A stretch of DNA of 64,000 nt, taken from contig CM060731.1 in NCBI GenBank assembly GCA_030704615.1, positions 78,616,001 to 78,680,000 on the forward strand, written 5' to 3'. Shown in pieces: positions 11,801 through 22,094 of this stretch (its first letter is position 1; every line of letters starts with the position of its first letter). Under the pieces are notes generated by a model. It was not told the DNA's origin, searched no databases, and saw only the letters and a list, made by a program, of their open reading frames with translations. A program made the position numbers and the translations under genes. Source of the stretch: Takakia lepidozioides. Its lineage: Eukaryota; Plantae; Bryophyta.

Positions 11801-12125
11801 TGAGATGCGCAAAGAGAGAGTAATTGGATCTCTCAAGCAGCAGTATGAGGAGTAGGGAGAGCCATGGACTGAGGATCAGTTGGAGGCCAAGGTGGCCAAG
11901 GTTTTTGAAGAGGTTGAGAATGTTTCTTGCTCAGAGGATGTTCTCAAGGTGGCTATGGCGGAGCAAGTGGAGGCTACGGCACAGTCAGATTGGGCGGACA
12001 AGGCCCAAGAGGTTGCTATCTAGCAACCAAAGGATTCGTCTCCTACCTCCAAGCCTGGTGTACCCAAGGTTGCAATCACTGAGGACAATTAGGAACCAGA
12101 TGTTGGACCTACAGTCACCGGAGAG
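8881..12125 (+). mobile_element. DNMT-Gypsy copy 2 (divergent subfamily), internal fragment truncated at both ends
   Basis: Gag zinc knuckle CGHCGKYGHEEAHC (8896-8937), RGG-rich tail, protease LLDSGA, MTase, TAG-CAA-CCA. Similarity ends just before RT at ~12125. Confidence 0.9.
10407..11792 (+). CDS. Uninterrupted DNMT3-like C5 methyltransferase reading frame (part of the Gypsy polyprotein)
   Basis: 461-aa ORF with LDLFGGMSTG, YVEKD, AGWPCQG, ILENV, RAHRPRLWWTNL and GQAMD all in one frame. Confidence 0.88.
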   Translation: MVAWGGELLEGNSNDDRPSRDEDKQLAYKADLLPHVLVHIPLWGTVGNLHRVAGECVHQAWQEAFPLVSEGSLVTSPGPLELAPLDTLPITWQPPDSGICLLDLFGGMSTGLARVLQAGMKVRKYLYVEKDEIAQRISMRHITLLTHQYLELLPLSAIQGYQKALPADITLLGADDLGRHGAIDLVIAGWPCQGHSPAGHGNGLHDARSHLFWEILRMLRDLQTRQVQPLGYILENVPLMGDSRARVMASVHQVWSWIGSAVLLDAAAVGSRAHRPRLWWTNLTPPELLKRAYNSIQRPPNLTVEGILDQGRQPQRVRHDDRPPLAVVNQVGQPRVALPTFMSFPSSHAFRDNGPGLIWDSVLQQLVEPNADERERAMGFTTGTTDVSALSEASRCQVLGQAMDLNCLTWIIGLCMAEQRRLQALVTTSALPLDSASSLPTGTVEAVSGGEHMIVGCKHPW

Positions 12126-12853
12126 CAGCTGCGGCGTGAGCGCACTCACGCTTAGCGCACTAAGTGTGAGAAGATTCCACTAATCGTGAGCAGATTCCCT
12201 TAAGTGTGAGCAGAAGTTAAGCTTGAGCAAAAAGTGGAAGTGGAGCGTATAACCGTGGAAGAAGCAGGGCCTATTGTCGTTGACGCTAACTTATGCCTAT
12301 CGGAGGTTTACATGCCATGATGGGACCGAAGACGCCGACCTCCATGCCAGAAAATATGGAATGAATGTGTATGAAGAACTTCTCGATGAAGTAAGCCGTA
12401 TGAATGGATTCAGGGAAATGGATGAATGAAGGATAGATGTTGGATGACAAATGGTGGATGAATGTAGTACGAATGAGTTTAATATAATAGCTTGTAAGAA
12501 AACATTCATGACATTCATTATTTTCATAACAGTCATGGACTATCATCCTATTCATTCATCTCATAGAAAGTGAATACATAAGGCAATTCTGCAAAACAAT
12601 CAGTGATCTCATTCAAGAAAGTGTTCCCATTATCCAGCACTAAGCCAGATACAAGTCGACCTGGTTGGAACACAAACATGCATTGAAAAAAAACATTGAG
12701 AAGAAATCCTCATTGCAAAACAACATTGATCTCATTCAAAAATGCATCCTTGAAGCAAACGTACCCATCTCCAAAGTCCGATACACCCAAATTTGAGTAA
12801 CAATGACAAGGACGGCAAACGGGTAGAGTTGTAATGCAAACCCAGACTACATG

Positions 12854-15770
12854 TCAATTTGTACCCGAAGTATCTCGCTGTAGCAGTGTGTGAACGTCGC
12901 TGGGTCCAATCGTACATTGGTGAATGTACGTATCTCGTTTTGGATCGCAAAACATTCTCCGAATATAGATGTAGTACTTATGCTTGCACGGGACAAATTT
13001 TACTCTCTGGCCAAGAGAACTTGAGAGCGTGTTCTGAAAGTCCGGACAAGTGCAATTAGGGAAATCGCCAATAGTAATCTCATAGGTCCGGTCATGAACA
13101 ACTGATCCAGAGGTCGCCATGGTGTACACCCGCCCATACCCTGGCAAGGGAACATTCACAATTTGGGTGACGCAATAGTGCAGGGTTCTAGCAGACTCCA
13201 TCTTTGCACTCATTGTCTGCACCAGCCTCAACCAAACGTACCGCTTTTCCATCCCTTTTTGTGGGCCTATCATTGCCATGTCCAGGACGTCCCGTAAAGT
13301 TGGAAGGGAAAGCCATTGGGTCCACTGGTGTTACGACAGGAGGGGCTCTTGGAAGGCGAAACCCGGCCTCCTCCAGCATGTCAATCTCCAGTTTGGAGAG
13401 TGCGGTTCCAAACTTCACTGGCCACACGGCTGGAATTTGAGGCTTCATTATCACATATTCCCGAACAGTCCCCATGACACAGCGCACAATGTCATCCGGG
13501 CAGAACCAAAACTTGTGAGGCCTAGACTCCCGCGACTGGTAATGTTTGAACAACCCGGTGAACGTCGGGGCAGGAGTTCCGCAAGTCACTTTGGAAATTT
13601 GGGACTTGCACTTCTGGAACGAGGGGGCCCTAATAGCGGCACATTTGACTTTTGATCCATGGGGAGTCCATTCGATATGCCACATTCCGTCTGTACAATC
13701 TGACTCCTCTACCGGCAGCGTGGTCTCCCCTTCACCGGGGACTGTGGTGGTTGGAGACTCCTGAGGGAACGAAGGCAAAGAAGACTCCCCCACAAAGGGG
13801 ATGGCACCCACAAAAGTTGGGGGCACAGGCACACGTGGTACTGAAAAGTTCACCCGATCGTGGCGGTGTGAATCTGCATCCGAGCCTAGTGGGGTGTCAA
13901 GTTTTATTTTGCACGAACCAAACCTCTCCTCTCCTTCCAGATGTGCAAGCCGTGACTGCACTCGTTCACAGCCCGTGCCATCTTAGTAGGGTCTTTCAAT
14001 CTGTTTGCAGCCCTGAGCAGCAACTCTGCCCTGTCTGGCCCCTTGCCTGTACCCCGTCCCCGAAGGAAATCCCGGTACCGTGTTTGTTGCGAGAGCGCGC
14101 GGATCATGTCATCAGCTGTTTAATGTACAGATCCCGCCCGTTCTTCCCGGATTGCTTCATCCAAACACTGTGCATTGTCTCCGAAAGATTGCAAGAGGGC
14201 ATGTCCGCAATATCCTCAAGCGTCATATCTTGCCAGCCACCAGATTATGCAATGAGTATTCATGTTTTGAGTGCTGTTTTACTGGACAAGAGCAAGCATC
14301 AAAGTGAAGAAACAAAACCCTCTAACTCATGGAACTTACTGTTGTCATGAAACCCCCTCACTGTCTGTATCGGAAATGCCAAAACCCAAACCAATCGTCC
14401 AGCTCTTTGAGGCCTTCCTGGCTTGATGCATCCGAGGAGTACCACCATGCTCGGATAGTTTGATACAGGGAGTTTGCCTCATGGTCCGTCCTTGCATCTT
14501 TGTACAAGCGGCATAGTCTCATGTGCTCGTCCTGCAATTCCACTTTTATGCAACTCTTTGTATGCCTTCGAAGGGACTGCGTCCAATGAAAGAGACAAGT
14601 GCGCTCCCTACCTTCCATAGATGTTTTGGGGTCTCCAGATCCAAACACACACCGTAATGCATTCCAGTTTGCCTGGGCGTTGTCAGCCATGAATCCATTG
14701 AAGTTTGGATCAGGCACACCATTCAAATTCATGACGTTCACAAGAGACCTCCACATCAGAATTTGAGATTGTGTGTCCTCGGATTGCATGTCGCAAACGG
14801 CTATAGTCATTACTCTCTGGTAAGTGGGATCATACACATGACAAGCCATGGTTGTCCACTCTTTAACACGTTTGACATGGTCAAACATGAGCCATGATTT
14901 CTGCAGATCGCCTCCAGGTTGCATTCTTCGGACCAGGCTAACTCCACTACCCTCCCCCACCGTGGACATTTTGAATAAGATCTTGAATAAAGTCATATTT
15001 GCTTCTACGCTTCAAGTGCAGAATGCTATCAAGAGGACCTCTGTTCCCTGGGCCTGTTCGCAGTGCGTTGATGTGATTCTGGACATTGGGTGGAAAAATG
15101 GTCCATAACAGCATCTAGCTTTGAGGAGTCTAGCTTGGCTAAGATATCGTCTGGTTCTCCAAGAATATATTTTTGCAAGAACGTCTTGCTTGCCGCAAGT
15201 GCAATGGCTGACGGCGTAGCATTCGGAGCGTTGTGAACTTATTGCTGCAGGAGTCCCAGTGCCGTATCTATACTTTCCCTGCAATCTCCTTTGCACACGG
15301 GGTGATCATGATTTCCGAGATGTATACAAGCCCGAGTAAGGGTCTGGCAACGATGAAGAACGTAGTACATGCGAGCCTTGCAGGTGGCAATGCATGTGGG
15401 GACGAATTTGTAGAACCTACAGATGAACGTAGTGTTACTTGGAGTGGCACAACCCATTGCAAATGGATTGTCCGCACAACCCTCCCACTCGGTTTCGTTT
15501 GCGGAACCAGTCAGCCCCAGGCCACTGCAATTTGCATTTGTACATCGCAGGTGCCCAACGCAAACTGATCTCCGAAACTTCAACCCATGAGGATTGTGTA
15601 TGTTGGAAGTTTTCATCCGGCACCAAGGGTGTCCATCATGTTTCTTGTCCATACCCTGCATCAAACCAGCCAAACCTCCACATGAGGTTGGAGGCGGCAA
15701 CTCGAAGAGGACATCACCATCAAATTCAGCAGGCAGACATTTTGCTCTTTCAATTCGAATTGTCCCCCAT
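12854..15770 (-). pseudogene. MULE-type DDE transposase with N-terminal GCM-like Zn domain and C-terminal SWIM finger
   Basis: GCM-like DGHPWCRMKTSNIHN..RRSVCVGHLRC..HLGNHDHP. Catalytic MFDHVK, GFMADNA, CLFH (CxxH) and CNLSETMH (~14170-14190). SWIM CTCPDF..PCKH. Several frameshifts and a probable intron at ~14250-14360. Confidence 0.82.
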
Positions 15771-16275
15771 GCAATGACGCAAGCCTGACTTAGTTTTTTA
15801 GAGATAGCGAGGTAAGCAGGCACACAGACCAGGCTTGCATTGACGCAAGCCTGACTTGGTAATGCCCAGAACTTTGAGTTTATATGTATTTGAGTCTCTC
15901 ACTCAATCCAAACATAGTTTTTCAGAGATAGCGAGGTAAGCAGGCACACAGACCAGGCTTGCATTGACGCAAGCCTGACTTGGTAATTCCCTGAACTTTG
16001 AGTTTATATCTATTTGAGTCTCTCAATCTAAACATAGTTTTAGAGATAGCGAGGTAAGCAGGCACACAAACCAGGCTTGCGTTGACGCAAGCCTGAAGTT
16101 TCTTCCATACAAACGTATGCAGGAGCCAGAAGAAAAGGAAAACATCCTTTGTGAGAGAATTTTCCGTTGTCCCATCCATGCTTGCGTCAACGAAAGTATG
16201 TGGATCTTAGCCTGTTTGGGGTTGTAAAACGGTCCTTTGAAGACCTCCATATCATGCTTGCGTTAACGCAAGGCT
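15770..16275. repeat. Three ~120-bp tandem units and six palindromes with core CTTGCGT(TG/CA)ACGCAAG
   Basis: CAGGCTTGC(A/G)TTGACGCAAGCCTG at 15830, 15954 and 16072; half copy at 15770; variants at ~16180 and ~16257; related site at ~17263. Confidence 0.9.
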
Positions 16276-16339
16276 GATCTCATGGATCACATAATCCCGC
16301 TTTTGATCTGATAATGTATTTCTTGTTTTTGATGGGCAG

Positions 16340-17674
16340 AAGAAGAGGAGAAAGGGCAAAGGCCCTGTTGCAGTGACAACAGTCCAAACAGAAGTGCAAG
16401 ACACAGATATGGATTACAAAGGCATGGCCATCAAGATAAGGTCAAACTCAAAAGTGAAATCTGGACAGGTAATCCGATCCATGATGGTTATGGAGGCGAA
16501 CCTCATGGTACCCCTCTGCAGGATGATATCAATGCCTGTTGTTCGTCCTGCCCTGACCAGGGATATCAGGAAGCTTCAAGGAGATTGCACGGGGTATGTT
16601 TTTGGAACCCCTGTCTTTTACATTTATGTTGGAGACTCCAATGGGAACGAGAGACTAGTAGACGAGGGCATCGAGGGAAAGTGGGATGAGTGCTGGAGGG
16701 AAGTGAATTTGGAATTCGAGCAGTCTCTGTCCAAGAGTCCGGAGTTGCAGGTGTACAGTAACAAGATGTTCTTTGTTTGGGACGGGAACCACCGCCTGCT
16801 TGCCTGGCTGGAGTACATTGAATCTATGCATTGAGAGGAGAAAGATTGGCATTACTCCGTCGCGGCGTGCGTTTTGGATCTGAAGGGAAACTACACACAG
16901 CTACTAACAACCATGCATGATATAAACAAGTAAGTTCTCTTCAACCACCAGATCCTGATGCAGCCTCAGATGCTATTATTTGCCATTAAGTCTTTTTCTC
17001 ACTATCGGCTTGATGGTGCAGGCAGACAGAGTCTTCCCATGTCACCACAAACCTAGTGCATATATTATTCAGGATGCAAAAGCTAGGATGGATGCCATTG
17101 TCCAGTTTCAAGACTATTCTTTCACCCGAGGCCTTCGAGAAGTGCGAGACCTCCAAAAGGGCGGAGACATGGTACACACTCACGAGGGATGCGTTCCTGG
17201 AGTACATGTACAAGGTGAGTCCTGCAAACTGCTATTTTTTAAGCATTCATATGTACCCATGTTCAGGCTTGTGTCAACACAAGCCTGGATCATTGCGAAG
17301 TTTAGACTCAGGTACCTATTTCACATTTTGGAGTCTGAAATTTTCAACGTTGCCTTTGGGTTGGATAGCAAGAAATTGTTGATGCGGGAGAGAGGGGAAA
17401 AGCGGAATATTACGGGAAAACTCCTGAAAGTGAACGCACTGCCTACGGTATTGAGGCGGCAATGACCTTCCACATGAACGAATTCCGCGGGAAGGTGGTG
17501 ACTGCGTTCACCAAGCAACTACACATAGCTGATCCCGGTCTTGGCTCTCAGTTTCTGGATGAGGTTCGCATTCATTGGAGCAAGACAACAAAGCCTGAAA
17601 TGACACGAAGAGAAGCTGCACAGGCTTGCCATGGCACTGGTGGAGCCAGTAGTGAAAATTTGGTGGCTGCAAAT
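16340..17674 (+). pseudogene. ParB/Sulfiredoxin-like domain gene, copy 1 (spliced; truncated by the gap)
   Basis: VPLCRMISMPVVRPAL..MFFVWDGNHRLLAW. Exons ~16340-16929, ~17021-17214 and ~17350-17674 match the exon structure of the copy at 42044-44251. Confidence 0.75.
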
Positions 17675-18174
17675 NNNNNNNNNNNNNNNNNNNNNNNNNN
17701 NNNNNNNNNNNNNNNNNNNNNNNNNNNNNNNNNNNNNNNNNNNNNNNNNNNNNNNNNNNNNNNNNNNNNNNNNNNNNNNNNNNNNNNNNNNNNNNNNNNN
17801 NNNNNNNNNNNNNNNNNNNNNNNNNNNNNNNNNNNNNNNNNNNNNNNNNNNNNNNNNNNNNNNNNNNNNNNNNNNNNNNNNNNNNNNNNNNNNNNNNNNN
17901 NNNNNNNNNNNNNNNNNNNNNNNNNNNNNNNNNNNNNNNNNNNNNNNNNNNNNNNNNNNNNNNNNNNNNNNNNNNNNNNNNNNNNNNNNNNNNNNNNNNN
18001 NNNNNNNNNNNNNNNNNNNNNNNNNNNNNNNNNNNNNNNNNNNNNNNNNNNNNNNNNNNNNNNNNNNNNNNNNNNNNNNNNNNNNNNNNNNNNNNNNNNN
18101 NNNNNNNNNNNNNNNNNNNNNNNNNNNNNNNNNNNNNNNNNNNNNNNNNNNNNNNNNNNNNNNNNNNNNNNNNN
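17675..18174. other. Assembly gap (500 N)
   Basis: Run of n. Confidence 1.
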
Positions 18175-21100
18175 TGTTGCTCTTTCTCTCTTTGGCTGCT
18201 TCTTGCCAGATCCGATGACTTTCTCTTTGCAGCACGGTCCTACTAAGGACTTAAAAGTTTGCCATCGCCATAAAGTACACACGTTTGTTGCTAGCATACA
18301 CTGCCAGTGCACGTAGCCCACTCAATGGGCAATGGAATTCGGCACATTGGCAAAACATGCAATAGTGTAGGGCCATTGCTTGACATTTTGGCTCTTGCAA
18401 CTTGGGCAACGGTGTACCTTGATTATTAAGCACTTGTACCTTGAGGTTTGAACCCTTGCCCTTGAGGCTTGAACCCTCATTATTAAGCACTTGTATACCT
18501 TAGGCTGAACCCTCATACTAACTTAGACTTTTCATTTGCAAGTTTTTTTTTTTCTTAGCCCTTCATGATGAAAGGTTCAGATTTTATCTGGCCTTTCCTT
18601 TGAAGGGCCCTGATTTGAAGGGCCCTTCATATGGAGCATTTTTGCAAGTTGAAGGGCGTTGCAGTCTTAAAAAATAAACACTGCTGTAATTGAAATCTAA
18701 TTCTCATTTTGTTATTTAATACTCACCTGTTCATGACTCCTTCCTAAATTTATACACACTCAGAGTTATGAATGAAGACCTTATGACCTAAATATGTTCA
18801 TAAAAGCTAATTATGAATGTAAATGAAATATGCAATGAATTATGATGCTGCCTGAGAGAGATGATTGTCCCAATGTTTGCCTCCCATGACGACTGTGTAC
18901 TACAAGAAGCATTATAGTGAAGGTAATGGCAGTTTGCAACGACGGCTGCTTTTCATTGAATGCGACTTGGTAACCAAAGCCAATTATAAGCTGCTTGTTT
19001 TGGATTGATTTTCATTTATGTGGACGGATGCAGGTAATCATGACAACTATGTCTTATATCTGAAGTCAGTGAGTCTGGCCAATGAGTTCTTCCTTTTTAG
19101 TTTATGAGTTTTAAGTTCATGTTGTAATTTGTCGTCTCTCTGGCAAGAACCCAGCGAACGCGGGCATCAATCGCATATGTTGCCCGGGTGGAGATGTGAA
19201 AGAAAGAGAGAAGCTCAAAGTGGGATCAAAGTAGGAGGTACACCCAGAAACTGTTGGCGCGATGCAGTACGTCTCGCTCTATATAAGCCAAGAATCCTAC
19301 ATGTCTCGGTCTCTGTTGCAGCAGTACCCACGTGCCCACCTCAAAGCTAGTAAGCAAGGGTCCTGTAATAGAGTTGAGGTCAACAGGAGGTCCAATTAAC
19401 ACGGTTTGAGAAAGCCAGTCAGTTGACGATGTGCTATAACCATGAGAGGGAGTCTTCCGTGGATCGCTAATTCAGACATAAGTTTTTGCTCGGACTTTTT
19501 CTTCTCATGCGCGCAATAGACGTGCCTAGTAGGTAGTGAGGACATAGCACAATCACATGCGTTGTGTATTGTGTATTTTTCTAATAACACGAAGTGAATT
19601 TAGAATTGAATTGCTCAAATCGGAGTTGGGTGAGGGACGAAATTGTGGTTGTTTGTACACATGCAAGATGGGAGGTAACGGACGACATAGAGATCTATAT
19701 ATGAAGTCGTCAATGGTCAATATTTAGGCCTATACGTTGACGTCAAGCAGCAGATCTAGACCTACTGTTGCATTCCCTCCCTCGCTCTTCCTCTCATACA
19801 TGGGTGGAAATTTCTTAAACTCGCAGAATTTGACAGAGACCCAGACTCTTTCGTCGACGACTGCTTGAATATACCTCGAGGGTGGCGTGTACCCAACCAA
19901 TTTGACGGAGTCGGTATGATGTACCAGCACGAATGCATTGCAAGTTGCAGGAATATGCCAGTCAAATGTTGAACAGTGTGCAGCAACTTATGTGCTTCTA
20001 TATACTTACACCCATTCTTCAAAACTCCAACAGTGAACCGTGAATTTCTAGTTCCTTCCATTTTGTCCCACATTCCACACTCCAATTTTCCAACGCCTTC
20101 ATTGTCTCTAGGCTTGATAGCTCATACCGCAGTGTTTATTTCCGATCTCAGAGCTGTCATTTGGCCCCTACATTTATTATCATGGACACACAACATTTCT
20201 GTAGGCTTTTCTTAGATTTCTGGCTCAGAAAAACTGATCAAACAAATAAACTCATTTGAGGCTTGAGCCCACCACCAACTGAACCTCCGCAACGTAACTT
20301 AATCAGGCTTCGATCTCATGCGCTCCACATCGTGGGAGATTCCCCCCACTCTCAGACGTCACAAGCTCGAGAGATATACCTCCACAGCCCCCAACTCCTG
20401 TTGCCGTCGGAACTCCGTTGGTGGGGACGGCGACGATGATGAGCCATGTCATCGGGCGCCTCGCCGAAACAAACAATCCACGACTTGACTTTCCACTGAT
20501 TCCGTGGCCCCTCCCGACACACGGACGAATTCCTGCACCGTCTGTTCGGCATTCATCCACCGCGCTGAAGTTATTTGAAAAGTATCGAGGGGGGGAAAGA
20601 AAACACGAAACAGAACAGACCGTTCTGACATCCAGGCGGTGCCTCCGCCGCCGCCGTGGTATATAAATGTTGGACCTGCCGCCACTGTGGCGATTTTTTT
20701 TCGCACGCGTCAGATTTCTGCCATCGCCATTTTGGCAATAATATGGGGGTCCCCGACGCGCAGCCATCTGAGTTTGGCGATGAATCAACAGCCTGGCTAT
20801 CGCTACGGTCAAAGCGATCACGTTGCTCGAGCTCGGCGTCCGTATGTTATTAGGGCTCACACTTTACGGTACTTACTCCCTGGCCCCTTTTATAATATTG
20901 TCAGAGTCTATTTCTCCAAATGTTTTTGTTTTCTCCAATATATTTCCTCGTTAAAAAAAACAAAACCCACGGCCTCTTTGAGTCACTCATTTCGAACAAC
21001 AATAATTCCCTGGTTTTTAAATAATTTCTCTTCGACGGTAAGACGATATGATGTGATGCGGCGAAACCCAGAACTTGCGTTTAGCCAAATCGTCCATGGG

Positions 21101-21649
21101 GGTGGTTCAAACATTGGACAACATCGCATGCCGTGTCCCAATATAGGCTAATATTCGCGGTACGTTTCTGTTTGCCTCGGCCACACTACTTAAAAAAGAA
21201 CCCCCCAAAACCCAAATTAGTTTACTAATTTACATTTCAACTCAGAGTGTCAGGCAAGAAAAGAAACTCACAGCGAACTAGGCAGTTGACAAGGTTCGAA
21301 TCCCTAACGGCTAACGACCCACAAAAGAATTCCGTGTGTAGGGAGAGTGACATCAGCGGCGGCATCCTCGAAATCTGGACTTGGGGCCAAGAAAATGACA
21401 ACCCGCAAGTCAATACTTTTGCCGCATCAGTATCGCGGCAGCAACGCCACAAAACCTCGCGGGGAGACGCGTCGGTGTGGTCCCAGGGAGGCAGCGAGCG
21501 AGAGAGGGATGCAAGGCGAGCGCGAGGGCGAGGACAACAATAAAGGAAGAAGCCCGCGAATAGGCGGCCCTGCCGCCATCTTCGTGATCGGGCTCCCGAG
21601 AAGGTGTGGCAGGGCCATGGACTGACGCTCGGGCGTAGGAGCGGAGGCG

Positions 21650-21790
21650 AGGAAGAAGAGGGAGAGGGACAGGTGACCGGAGAGGGAAAGAGGGAAAGAG
21701 GGAGAGGGAGAGGGAGAGAGGGAGAGGGAAATAAGGGAGAGAGGGAGAGAGGGAGAGGGAACAGGGAGAGAGGTAGAGAGAGGAGAGGCG
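21650..21790 (+). repeat. GA-rich microsatellite-like tract upstream of the DUF604 gene
   Basis: Near-pure purine (GGGAGA/GAGA)n tract. Confidence 0.8.
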
Positions 21791-22094
21791 ATCGAGATGT
21801 CTAGGCGGTAGCTTGCCGCCGCGATTGATCGCTTTCCATCTGTCTCCTTTCCCCTTTCCGAGGGTCCAGGGAGACTGTTCTGTTCTAGGACCCTCCCGCG
21901 TTTTTTGTTAGGGGTTCTTGTTCTTTTTAGGGGGATCTGGCTTTTTGTGGTTTCGGGTTCTCCGGGAGGAGGGGAGGGAGTTCTTTCTGCTGGGGTTTGT
22001 TGCCTGTTGCATGGCCGAGAAGGGGCGGCATTGGTGGTGGGTTGGGGGGCTAGTGATTCTATGAAAGGTGGGAGAGGGAGGAGTGGAGTGCAGG

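Larger units (their letters stand above)
12126..17674. mobile_element. Mutator-like DNA transposon (GCM-like + DDE + SWIM transposase) with a divergent ParB-like gene; right end lost in the gap
   Basis: Abrupt junction with Gypsy copy 2, a terminal hairpin and GTGAG repeats (12134-12230), transposase on -, ParB-like gene on +. Confidence 0.72.

Noticed and set aside
15793-16096. CRISPR array
   Set aside because: Whole ~120-bp units are near-identical tandem repeats with no unique spacers.
17462-18321. Long ORFs spanning the N run
   Set aside because: Artefacts of the assembly gap.
18410-18635. Short direct repeats and TGAAGGGCCCTTCA palindrome
   Set aside because: Real but too short to classify; no associated ends or ORF.
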